A stretch of 64,000 nucleotides of DNA from a virus: positions 32,001 to 96,000 of the IMG/VR virus record IMGVR_UViG_3300025132_000021, one strand, 5' to 3'. The notes beneath the pieces were generated by a model that saw nothing but the letters and a program-made list of their open reading frames with translations, had not been told where the DNA came from and searched no databases. Made by a program: the position numbers and the translations under genes. Each line of letters begins with the position of its first letter. Position 1 is the stretch's first letter. This document shows positions 48,506 to 56,694 of the stretch, in pieces.

Positions 48506-49392
48506 AATCAATTAGTTTGCATTGTTTTTTGGGTGAAAAACTCTACAAAGCAGAGGAAAAAGGCAACTTTGGTGATGAGATTTCCCCTATTATTGTGCAA
48601 AATCTTATAGGTTCTGACTATGATTTGAGATATAATGATGACAATTGTGATGAAAGATTGCTGGCAATAGGGTCATTATTGCATGATGCCCAACCAAATG
48701 ATTACATCTTTGGCACAGGTTTCGGTCTTGAAGATAACGATAAACTTTCAGAACTAAATGTTTGCGCTGTCCGAGGACCATTGTCTCGTGAAAAGTTATT
48801 AGAAATCGGTGTGGATTGTCCAGAAGTTTATGGAGATGCGGCTTTACTTTTACCTGATTATTATGAACCTAACTATCTTCCAAACTTAGAGGGAAAAATT
48901 GGTGTTGTCCCACATTGGACGACCTACCCACATTATGAGAAACTTTTAGCCAACTCTAAACAATTCTATTTTATCAACCCAACTAATTCATGGCAACAAG
49001 TTATTGATGAAATCTATTCTTGCGATAAAATCGTATCTCAAGCATTACATGGTTTGATTTGTGCTGACGCTTACCAAACTCCTAATGTTTGGTTAGAGGA
49101 AAATATCTGGGCTTGTGTTTGTGGCAAACTTAGTGTAGATTCAGTCCTTAATCCTATTGAACCTCAACCACCTTGCTCATGCGGGTGGAACTACCATTCC
49201 ATAGGTAAAAATCTACCATTCCATAATGGAAACTTTAAGTTTTTAGATTACTTAGCCAGTCAAAACCGAGAAGTATCTCCTATTTCCCACCTACGGGAAG
49301 CCATCGGTGCAGATTACTATGAAGATGGAAACCAAATAGACTTAGAATTATTAAGAAACTCCTTTCCATTTGGTCAAAATACAAACCTTTAA
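48502..49392 (+). CDS. Polysaccharide pyruvyltransferase family protein
   Basis: GNFGD, AIGSLL, AVRGPLSR, YGDAALL, VVPH, SQALHGLICADAY. Confidence 0.88.
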   Translation: MKSISLHCFLGEKLYKAEEKGNFGDEISPIIVQNLIGSDYDLRYNDDNCDERLLAIGSLLHDAQPNDYIFGTGFGLEDNDKLSELNVCAVRGPLSREKLLEIGVDCPEVYGDAALLLPDYYEPNYLPNLEGKIGVVPHWTTYPHYEKLLANSKQFYFINPTNSWQQVIDEIYSCDKIVSQALHGLICADAYQTPNVWLEENIWACVCGKLSVDSVLNPIEPQPPCSCGWNYHSIGKNLPFHNGNFKFLDYLASQNREVSPISHLREAIGADYYEDGNQIDLELLRNSFPFGQNTNL

Positions 49393-49397
49393 GTAGT
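49388..49397 (+). promoter_or_regulatory. Promoter of the putative capsid operon
   Basis: TTTAAGTAGT overlapping the upstream stop; ATG of a 7-codon uORF 30 nt downstream. Confidence 0.75.
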
Positions 49398-49417
49398 CAA
49401 AAAGTCCAATTAGTATT

Positions 49418-49441
49418 ATGAGCAACCATGTGTTGTTCTAA
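49418..49441 (+). other. Leaderless 7-codon upstream ORF (MSNHVLF)
   Basis: ATG at the same promoter-to-start spacing as other leaderless genes. Confidence 0.5.
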
Positions 49442-49468
49442 AACCAAAAAAAATGGAGAATGAAAAAT

Positions 49469-50161
49469 ATGAGTATGAGAAGCCAAGTATATGAATGGTC
49501 AAACCTCGCACCATCTGGACAAGAGTTCACTCTACGAAGAACAACTGCTGACTTGCCAAAGGCATTGACAGCAAATCGTGAGTATGACTTGTTTATTGGA
49601 GGCGTTGGATTGAACATTACCAAGCCAGCAGAAACGACCGCAACACAGTTTATTGTGATTGAAGATATTGCGTGCAGCCCAACCCTAAACGGTGCTGTCC
49701 AAATCCGAATCAACACAACTGACTACTTCCAGAACCCTGATGTTACCGATATGGTCGGTATCCCGGGACTGGCAAGCCCTTACCCTCGTGGCGCACCAGC
49801 AACAGTCAATTTGGCTGCTGCAACTGTCGGCGCAGGAATCGTAGATTCAGACAACATCCTAAAGTCTTTTGACCTTTACCCAGATGTTTATGTCCTACCG
49901 GGTCAGACTTTCCAGATTCTTTACACACCTCTTGAATCCAGTCTTGTTGGTGGCGCAGGTTCAACTGCGGTAGTCTCTGCATTCATCAAATACACACTAT
50001 ATGATGGACCAGACGCTCTTATTGCTAACAAACTTTTGGAACTTGGTGTCACCATCAACCCAAACAATGTTGATTGGTATAAGCGAAGTCTAATTGAACA
50101 ACAACAACGCTCTGCTGCTGCTTCTGCGGCTGCTATGGCTGCAACCAACGGAGGTGTCTGA
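49469..50161 (+). CDS. Putative major capsid protein 1 (single-jelly-roll type); start revised to ATG 49469
   Basis: About 230 aa, beta-strand pattern, tandem paralog, GGAGA RBS; fold is inferred. Confidence 0.6.
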   Translation: MSMRSQVYEWSNLAPSGQEFTLRRTTADLPKALTANREYDLFIGGVGLNITKPAETTATQFIVIEDIACSPTLNGAVQIRINTTDYFQNPDVTDMVGIPGLASPYPRGAPATVNLAAATVGAGIVDSDNILKSFDLYPDVYVLPGQTFQILYTPLESSLVGGAGSTAVVSAFIKYTLYDGPDALIANKLLELGVTINPNNVDWYKRSLIEQQQRSAAASAAAMAATNGGV

Positions 50162-50162
50162 A

Positions 50163-50849
50163 ATGAGTATGCGAAGTCAAGTATATGAATGGGACGCTGG
50201 CCGTGGAACTAACCAAGTTCAAGCAGCCGAAGCAGGACAAAGAATCAGTATTTTTATCGGCGGATTCGGTAACAACATTACCAAGCCTGCTGAAACCACT
50301 GCAACCGAGTTCGTTGTTATTGAAGATATTGCTGTAACCCCTACACTATCTATTGGTGTAGATGCAACAGCAGGTGCGGCTGTCACAGGTCTTGCTGATG
50401 GTTCAGTTCGTGGTCTACTTTACAACAGCGTTCAGGGTGTCGCAGGTCCTCGTGCCTACACTCAAGTTCGTATCAACACCACTGATTACTTCTTGAACCC
50501 TGACAATGTGCCAAACGACGGTATTCCGGGAACTGCTTCCCCATACCCACGAAGTATCAACTTCCAGCCTTCGTTCAACCTATACCCTGATGTATATGTT
50601 CTACCGGGTCAAGTTTGGGATGTTATCGTAACCTTCTACAACGCACTTGGTCTTGGAGATGCTGCTACTGGCGCACCTCTGGCTGGCACAACCAATGTTG
50701 TCGCTACTAACCAATTGCAGTGTTTCGTGAAATACACTCTGTATGACGGACCTGATGCACTCATCGCTAACAAGTTGTTGGAGATGGGTATTTCCATCAA
50801 CCCCGGAAATGTAGACTGGTATAAGCGAAGCCTTCTTGCTTCACAGTAA
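50163..50849 (+). CDS. Putative major capsid protein 2, paralog of the previous gene; start revised to ATG 50163
   Basis: Shares MSMRSQVYEW, NITKPAETTAT, RINTTDYF, LYPDVYVLPGQ, KYTLYDGPDALIANKLLE, NVDWYKRSL; GGAGGTG RBS. Confidence 0.6.
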   Translation: MSMRSQVYEWDAGRGTNQVQAAEAGQRISIFIGGFGNNITKPAETTATEFVVIEDIAVTPTLSIGVDATAGAAVTGLADGSVRGLLYNSVQGVAGPRAYTQVRINTTDYFLNPDNVPNDGIPGTASPYPRSINFQPSFNLYPDVYVLPGQVWDVIVTFYNALGLGDAATGAPLAGTTNVVATNQLQCFVKYTLYDGPDALIANKLLEMGISINPGNVDWYKRSLLASQ

Positions 50850-50870
50850 GTGTAGGACGCTGAAACCAAC

Positions 50871-50939
50871 GAGCCGTTAGGCTTGTGGCCGAGGTATTGC
50901 CGAAAGGCTACCAATGAAGCCACAGCCTGATGTGCGCTC
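50871..50939 (+). ncRNA. Structured RNA element with kink-turn and GAAA tetraloop, downstream of the capsid genes
   Basis: TGTGGC-C-GA-GGTA-TT-GCC-GAAA-GGC-TACC-AAT-GA-A-GCCACA plus outer helices. Confidence 0.7.
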
Positions 50940-50955
50940 TAAGGGAGTAGATGTC

Positions 50956-51174
50956 ATGCGTAGGCTGTTAAAGGATGTTATCGTTGTCGGCACAGCACTT
51001 TTTGTGTTAGGCACATGGATGACTTCGCACCACAGTCATAAGGTAATAACACAGGAACACCCTGAACATAAAGTTCGGGACTTCTTGATTTACACTTGTG
51101 TCGGTATTGCGTTAATCACCGTGGGCAGCAACATGATGACTGATGGGTTCGTTAGCAGACTCCGAGGAGATTAG
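50956..51174 (+). CDS. Small 2-TM membrane protein; start revised to ATG 50956
   Basis: GGGAG RBS; similar to the next gene (T.H, VG..L...GSN...G). Confidence 0.7.
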   Translation: MRRLLKDVIVVGTALFVLGTWMTSHHSHKVITQEHPEHKVRDFLIYTCVGIALITVGSNMMTDGFVSRLRGD

Positions 51175-51175
51175 T

Positions 51176-51376
51176 ATGACCGTCAAGAATAGTTCACTAT
51201 TGATTGGCGGTGTTATGTTTCTCACAGGGTTTGTTTTAACAACTTATCATGTGTCGTATCTGATGGACCCTCAACGAAGTGCGCTAAAACACCTCGTCTG
51301 GGCGATAGTAGGCGTAGGTTTGTTCCAAATTGGTTCAAACTTAACTGCCAGTGGAATCCATGATAAGTTGTCTTAG
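51176..51376 (+). CDS. Small 2-TM membrane protein, paralog of the previous gene; start revised to ATG 51176
   Basis: GAGGAG RBS; two hydrophobic helices. Confidence 0.7.
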   Translation: MTVKNSSLLIGGVMFLTGFVLTTYHVSYLMDPQRSALKHLVWAIVGVGLFQIGSNLTASGIHDKLS

Positions 51377-51387
51377 GTGTTGTTCAC

Positions 51388-51843
51388 ATGAGCATCTTTG
51401 ATGTAGATAAGTATTTTATTGTCAAAGATTGGGGCATTAACCCTTACGACCCAGATTCAACATGGGACGGATTGAAAAGCCTTCAGTTAAAAGAATTGAT
51501 GCGACTTGCTAAATCATTAACTGATGTTGATGGAGGCATGAAAAGCAACTACGAATCTTACAAAGAAAAGGATTCCTATGCGAAGCGAGACACACTCGTA
51601 GGTTGGATTATGGGTTTAATTTACTTTAATGATGTAAATTATTTCCACGACAAATTGAGTTCTCCGAAAGGATTTCTTGCACCCAGCCATCCTTTTGTAA
51701 TGTCTTTTGTTGAGTATTTTGTGCTGAACTATCAACGACCCACCCAGATTCTTAACTGTTCTGATGCCTTTTTAGTAAGTATGATGCGTCGTTATGGTGG
51801 AGGCAAATGGATTATTGCTCACAAGAAATATGGTGATGCTTAA
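51388..51843 (+). CDS. Hypothetical protein
   Basis: AGGTG RBS; 151 aa. Confidence 0.7.
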   Translation: MSIFDVDKYFIVKDWGINPYDPDSTWDGLKSLQLKELMRLAKSLTDVDGGMKSNYESYKEKDSYAKRDTLVGWIMGLIYFNDVNYFHDKLSSPKGFLAPSHPFVMSFVEYFVLNYQRPTQILNCSDAFLVSMMRRYGGGKWIIAHKKYGDA

Positions 51844-52463
51844 TGAATCCAGAGATATTTCAATCGCTACGACAGGCTCGTATTCTTAATTGGACTTATT
51901 TTGCTCACATAGAACAATTTATCCGTGCCAATCTTGAAGATTTTAAGAATCTTTACACTGATAGATACTGGCGTGCCAAAATGACAGACGAAGACCGCAA
52001 AATGGCGAGCCATCCAAATCGTGGATACAGATGGATACCTAATTATTTAGAGAAACAGCGTTCAGAATTACAAGAAAAACTTTTAGATTATGTAGTTGGA
52101 CCTGATAATTATGAAAGCGGTTTGTGGAGTAGTTCTAAGTTTTGTTATAGTTGTGGAGTTACACAAGAAGACCGCAACGATTTCTTAAGAGATATGAACG
52201 AATGCTTAAAAAGCAAATCTACGAAAACCCCTCCCGACGCATTTCTCACAGGCTTAGGTGTTTTAGAATATAAAAGGATAAGAAGTGCGTGTTTCCAAGA
52301 AACTTCTACTAAATATGACCCTAAAGTTTCTCTTAGTATGAGCGAAGAAAGGTGGGAAATGGGTTCAATTCCATTTGCGGCTACTATGAATTATGGTTTT
52401 TGTAGTGGTTGTTGGGACGATATTAAAAAACAGAGTCAAGAACTAATCCGAAGGTTTAAGTAG
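51843..52463 (+). CDS. Hypothetical protein with two CxxC pairs
   Basis: CYSC and CSGC. Confidence 0.7.
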   Translation: MNPEIFQSLRQARILNWTYFAHIEQFIRANLEDFKNLYTDRYWRAKMTDEDRKMASHPNRGYRWIPNYLEKQRSELQEKLLDYVVGPDNYESGLWSSSKFCYSCGVTQEDRNDFLRDMNECLKSKSTKTPPDAFLTGLGVLEYKRIRSACFQETSTKYDPKVSLSMSEERWEMGSIPFAATMNYGFCSGCWDDIKKQSQELIRRFK

Positions 52464-52485
52464 GTATCAACGCATAGTTAGCATA

Positions 52486-53373
52486 ATGTTTGATGTTATC
52501 GTCCCTACTTACAAAGTTTCTACCGAGTTCCTGAAACCTTGTTTAGACTCTATCTTGAATCAAAACTTTACAGATTGGCACTGTTGGATTGCAGATGGCA
52601 CACCCGAAGACGATGCTACTTACCAGCCCATGATGGACTTAATAGCAAACTATCCTGCGGATAGATTTACTTATCTGCGCCAATCGGGTCGTGGAGTTTC
52701 TCAAGCCCGAAACGAGGCTATTGCTCAAGGCACACAGCCCTTTATTGCTACTTTAGATGGTGATGATTTGTGGTATCCAGAACACTTAACTTGGATGGTA
52801 GAAGCGATTGAATCTACTACGGACGACCATGTTTTGTGGTGGGCAGGTGCAGATGCTCTCATAGAAATGATTTCAATGAAAACAGGAAACCATTATCAGA
52901 ACCGAGGCATTATTGGCTGGTTTGAAGATTACTCAAAGGTTCGTCCTGAAGATTTACATTTCTTTTTACGAGGCAACCCAGTTATTCCTTCCAACACAGT
53001 TTGTCGTCGTAATCGTTTTGAAACCGTTGGAGGCTACGATGAAGTCTTACAAATTGGAGAAGATACTGATTTATACACTCGTATGATTGCATGGGGTGAA
53101 CCCTACCGAGGCCATCAAATTGATGCTGTTTCAGGTTATCATGGTTGTGGACCACATCAAACTACTCAATTTGGTTCACAAAGTTCTGCGGCTCATGGTC
53201 GTAATGAAGACGAGTTAAAATCCGAGTTTATTAAACAGAAACTATACTGGTATGGCAAAAATAATGAAATGCCTGAATGTCCCGAAGGCGTAGACCCTGA
53301 TTATTGGTTCTGGTTAATAGATTCTGTGAACAACCGATTTAAGGATAACCTAATGTTTGAGATTCAGGGATAA
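52486..53373 (+). CDS. Glycosyltransferase family 2
   Basis: VIVPTY, GVSQARN, LDGDD, VGGYDE..GEDTDL. Confidence 0.92.
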   Translation: MFDVIVPTYKVSTEFLKPCLDSILNQNFTDWHCWIADGTPEDDATYQPMMDLIANYPADRFTYLRQSGRGVSQARNEAIAQGTQPFIATLDGDDLWYPEHLTWMVEAIESTTDDHVLWWAGADALIEMISMKTGNHYQNRGIIGWFEDYSKVRPEDLHFFLRGNPVIPSNTVCRRNRFETVGGYDEVLQIGEDTDLYTRMIAWGEPYRGHQIDAVSGYHGCGPHQTTQFGSQSSAAHGRNEDELKSEFIKQKLYWYGKNNEMPECPEGVDPDYWFWLIDSVNNRFKDNLMFEIQG

Positions 53374-53409
53374 TGAACCTTAAGTAAGTCCTACAATCTA
53401 TGCTATGCT

Positions 53410-54771
53410 ATGAGCCGAATTGAAATAGAAACTCCTATCGGGCCAATTAGTGCCGATTTAGACAACCTAAGCGAAGATTTATCCTACCTACTAAGTAAGG
53501 TCAAGAAAACAGACAAAATTGATGAATCAACTTTGGCTTTCTTAGGTATTGCTCGTGATGATGATAGCGTGGCCGTAGAGTCTAAGAGAACCTACTATCA
53601 CGATAGGTCTTATGTGTTTTGGATGGATGCTATGCTCACAGTTTTAGAAAAAGATTACCGAATTGTTAAAACTGAAAATTACAATTACGGCAACAACAAA
53701 ACCGCACCTATTTGGTTTGATGAAAAAGTAGGAGATAAAACTATTAAAGTTCCACACAAATTAGTGATGTTTGTAGAGTCTAAAACCAATGATGAAAGAT
53801 TTGTTATTACTTTCTCACCATTTGACGAGTTTGAAATTGATATGTGTTTTCAATTCCGTAGTGATAATGATTTTAATTACACAACTTTCTGGGAATCAGT
53901 AGAAAGTTATTTCTATACAGAAGGCTTGCTCAAGAATGCTCACTTTTCAGCCGATTTCAAATTATTAGATACTGAAACTTTTACATGGAATCACATGGTT
54001 ATCAAAGATACTCACCGCCGTAGTCTGGAAAGAAACTTAGTAAGGTTTATTGATTCCGTAGAACTTTTCCAAAGCAAAGGACTTCGTGGTAGTCGTGGAG
54101 TTTTGCTTGCTGGACCACCCGGAACTGGTAAAACTTTGACTTGTAAGGTTTTAATGAGCGAAATTGATGCCACAGTGCTATATGTGGCTCGTGATGCTAT
54201 CCAAAATGTAGGACAAATCACAGAACTTTACAAAATGGCACGCCGTTTTGCACCTGCAATCGTTATCTTAGAAGATATTGACACGCTTGGAGGATTGGGT
54301 CGTGATGAAGGCGACCACCCGCTACTTGGAGAGTTCCTTAACTGTTTAGCAGGAGTAGAAGAAAACAATGGAGTAGTTACTTTGGCAACTACTAATCATC
54401 CTGAAAAACTTGATTGGGCATTGACAGACCGACCCGGTAGATTTGATGTTAGAATTACTTTTGATTATCCAGATTCAGACCATCGGTTAGCGATTCTGGA
54501 GAAGTATCTTGAACCATTTAACACCAAAAAACTCAACCTCAAGAAGATTATTAAGCGAACCGAAAAGTTTTCAGGTGCTTATCTACAAGAGTTGGTTCAA
54601 TCTGCCTTTATGTTAGCCCATGAAGAATGTGGTTATTGTTCTGAACCTCAAATTACTTTAACTCATTTGGAACAAGCCATGGAACTTTTAGAATCCCAAC
54701 GACGAAAAGTTAGCCGTGAAAAGAACCTAAGTTATGGTGATGAAGTTACTATTGAAGAACTGTATAACTAA
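53410..54771 (+). CDS. Classical-clade AAA+ ATPase
   Basis: GPPGTGKT, ILEDID, ATTN, DRPGRFD, FSGAYL. Confidence 0.9.
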   Translation: MSRIEIETPIGPISADLDNLSEDLSYLLSKVKKTDKIDESTLAFLGIARDDDSVAVESKRTYYHDRSYVFWMDAMLTVLEKDYRIVKTENYNYGNNKTAPIWFDEKVGDKTIKVPHKLVMFVESKTNDERFVITFSPFDEFEIDMCFQFRSDNDFNYTTFWESVESYFYTEGLLKNAHFSADFKLLDTETFTWNHMVIKDTHRRSLERNLVRFIDSVELFQSKGLRGSRGVLLAGPPGTGKTLTCKVLMSEIDATVLYVARDAIQNVGQITELYKMARRFAPAIVILEDIDTLGGLGRDEGDHPLLGEFLNCLAGVEENNGVVTLATTNHPEKLDWALTDRPGRFDVRITFDYPDSDHRLAILEKYLEPFNTKKLNLKKIIKRTEKFSGAYLQELVQSAFMLAHEECGYCSEPQITLTHLEQAMELLESQRRKVSREKNLSYGDEVTIEELYN

Positions 54772-54809
54772 GAGTAATCTTTAAGTATCAGGTGCGCCAA
54801 CCTTTTAGC

Positions 54810-56690
54810 ATGAGTGATTTCAATTATTACTATACATTTTATGACAAGTCCAGAGGCGACGAAGTTTTAACGGCCTTGCGTCAAAGTGGGGCAGAGACTA
54901 AATCTGAAGCCATTGATTTTTTGATAGACGGTGGTTATTTACATTCTGACGAAGTTTATGATTCTGCTGTTGCTAATGCTATGGGCGACTTTTTAGGCAT
55001 TTCCTCGTATAATCCTGATGAAGATGAAGAGTTTGAAGCCCCAGTTGGCACTAAGCATTCCGCACTTGATGAAGTCCACCAAAGACTTCGTGAATCAGGT
55101 AAGAAAAGACGACAGCAAGAGATTGCTAAGGCTCGCCGTATGAAACAAAGAAAGTTTGATGCAGAAGGCACTGTCCGAATGAAAATTGAATACGAGTGGT
55201 GGTGCGACTTTTATGATGATGAAGAGGGGAGACTATACAAAGATTACAAAGGTTATTCACAAGACGATAGAATGAAAATTGAAGACTTAGTTAAGAGAGA
55301 AATTGAGTTCCATCTTGCATCTGGTGATTCCTCTGGGTATTACCCTTATGGAATGGCTGAACTTGGCTGGTCAGATGATGAAGGTTCTTATGATATTGGA
55401 TACGAGTTTTATGTCATGGCTGACGCAGACGATGGAGTAGTTTTTGATGCTGACATGGAAATGACTCCAGATATTATGGATTATCCCGGTTTGCCAGTAG
55501 TTCCTGATTCTTACGGCACTAATTCTGCTTTAGATTCTGGTAATGGTGTTCCAGTTTGGTATGGTTCGGCTGAATCAAACAGAGCGCATGGGCAATTACG
55601 CTACGACGCACGCTTTGACAGAGACCAAACAGGAGAACAAGAATTATTGCAGAATTACTATGTAAAATATAGGGTTTATGATATTGAGAACGATAAAACC
55701 TATAATGACTTGCACCCAGCATTCAGATATGAGTTTAACAAAATGATTAAAGCAGACATTGAAAGTAATTTTGATACTTTATGGATGAACGATGAAGAAG
55801 ATTTGCGGAACTTCTATGGAGAGATTGAGTATGAGGGTCCAGAAGGAGAAAAAGTAGTAATTGACTACGAGGCAACTTTGAGTCCACCTCAAATCCTATC
55901 GGAAAAATTATATTCAGATAGGAGTAATTCATATTATGAGTTTGGTGTGAACTTCAAGGGTGAAACTTTTGAAGCCCCATTCGCTGGCGCAGGTTCATTG
56001 TTTAAGTTTGGAGGAAACGATTCAGCCCTTGGCGGTTTTACCGCCAAAGAATTGACCGAATCTTCGTCCATTCACGGCGATTTTGACCACGCTTCTTTGA
56101 ATTATTCTGGTAAGCAAAACATTGAAGCCCGTGCTGAAAGTGCTAATCCAACAGGCGGTGCTACTGGCGACCAAATTATCGCATGGGAACATAATGGACT
56201 TTCTTCTCCATCTGGACCTCCTTCTGATATTTTCTGGTCTGAAGGTTCATCTGATGGTATCCATATTGTAATTCCATCATCACAAGTAAAGGAATTAACT
56301 AATCACTTTGGTATTTCCAAAGAACAATTAGAAAAAATTATGAAACACGCCATTAAGGAAGAGTTAGAAACAACTCAACAAGGAAGTTATGCCAGTTTCC
56401 CGTATGGATACAATGATGATTTATCTAACATACAACTTGATGCTGAAGGCTATGGAGATGTTCAAAAGTATGTTTCTATTGATTTTAATTGGGATTATTC
56501 TGGAGAGCATGAAGATGCTGTTTCTGATGGTGATTACTACATCACCGACCAAATTAAAGATTTGGTAGAATCGGAGGTAGAAAGCGGTGAATACAGTGGT
56601 AGTGGTTGGTATTCTTACACAGTTGAAATTGAAGATGATAAAGGCGAAATTACCGAAGAAGATGTAGATATTGATTATTCATGGGGATGA
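54810..56690 (+). CDS. Acidic cassette polyprotein; start revised to ATG 54810
   Basis: Promoter at 54780; FEAP, FDAE, FDAD, YGSAE, ARAE, LDAE junctions; contains the shared GLPV..WYGSAE cassette. Confidence 0.85.
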   Translation: MSDFNYYYTFYDKSRGDEVLTALRQSGAETKSEAIDFLIDGGYLHSDEVYDSAVANAMGDFLGISSYNPDEDEEFEAPVGTKHSALDEVHQRLRESGKKRRQQEIAKARRMKQRKFDAEGTVRMKIEYEWWCDFYDDEEGRLYKDYKGYSQDDRMKIEDLVKREIEFHLASGDSSGYYPYGMAELGWSDDEGSYDIGYEFYVMADADDGVVFDADMEMTPDIMDYPGLPVVPDSYGTNSALDSGNGVPVWYGSAESNRAHGQLRYDARFDRDQTGEQELLQNYYVKYRVYDIENDKTYNDLHPAFRYEFNKMIKADIESNFDTLWMNDEEDLRNFYGEIEYEGPEGEKVVIDYEATLSPPQILSEKLYSDRSNSYYEFGVNFKGETFEAPFAGAGSLFKFGGNDSALGGFTAKELTESSSIHGDFDHASLNYSGKQNIEARAESANPTGGATGDQIIAWEHNGLSSPSGPPSDIFWSEGSSDGIHIVIPSSQVKELTNHFGISKEQLEKIMKHAIKEELETTQQGSYASFPYGYNDDLSNIQLDAEGYGDVQKYVSIDFNWDYSGEHEDAVSDGDYYITDQIKDLVESEVESGEYSGSGWYSYTVEIEDDKGEITEEDVDIDYSWG

Positions 56691-56694
56691 TTTA

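Noticed and set aside
50850-50960. Hammerhead ribozyme, and ORF start at 50914
   Set aside because: Core CUGAUGA is absent (CTGATGT, and it is paired); ATG 50914 lies inside the hairpin whereas 50956 has an RBS
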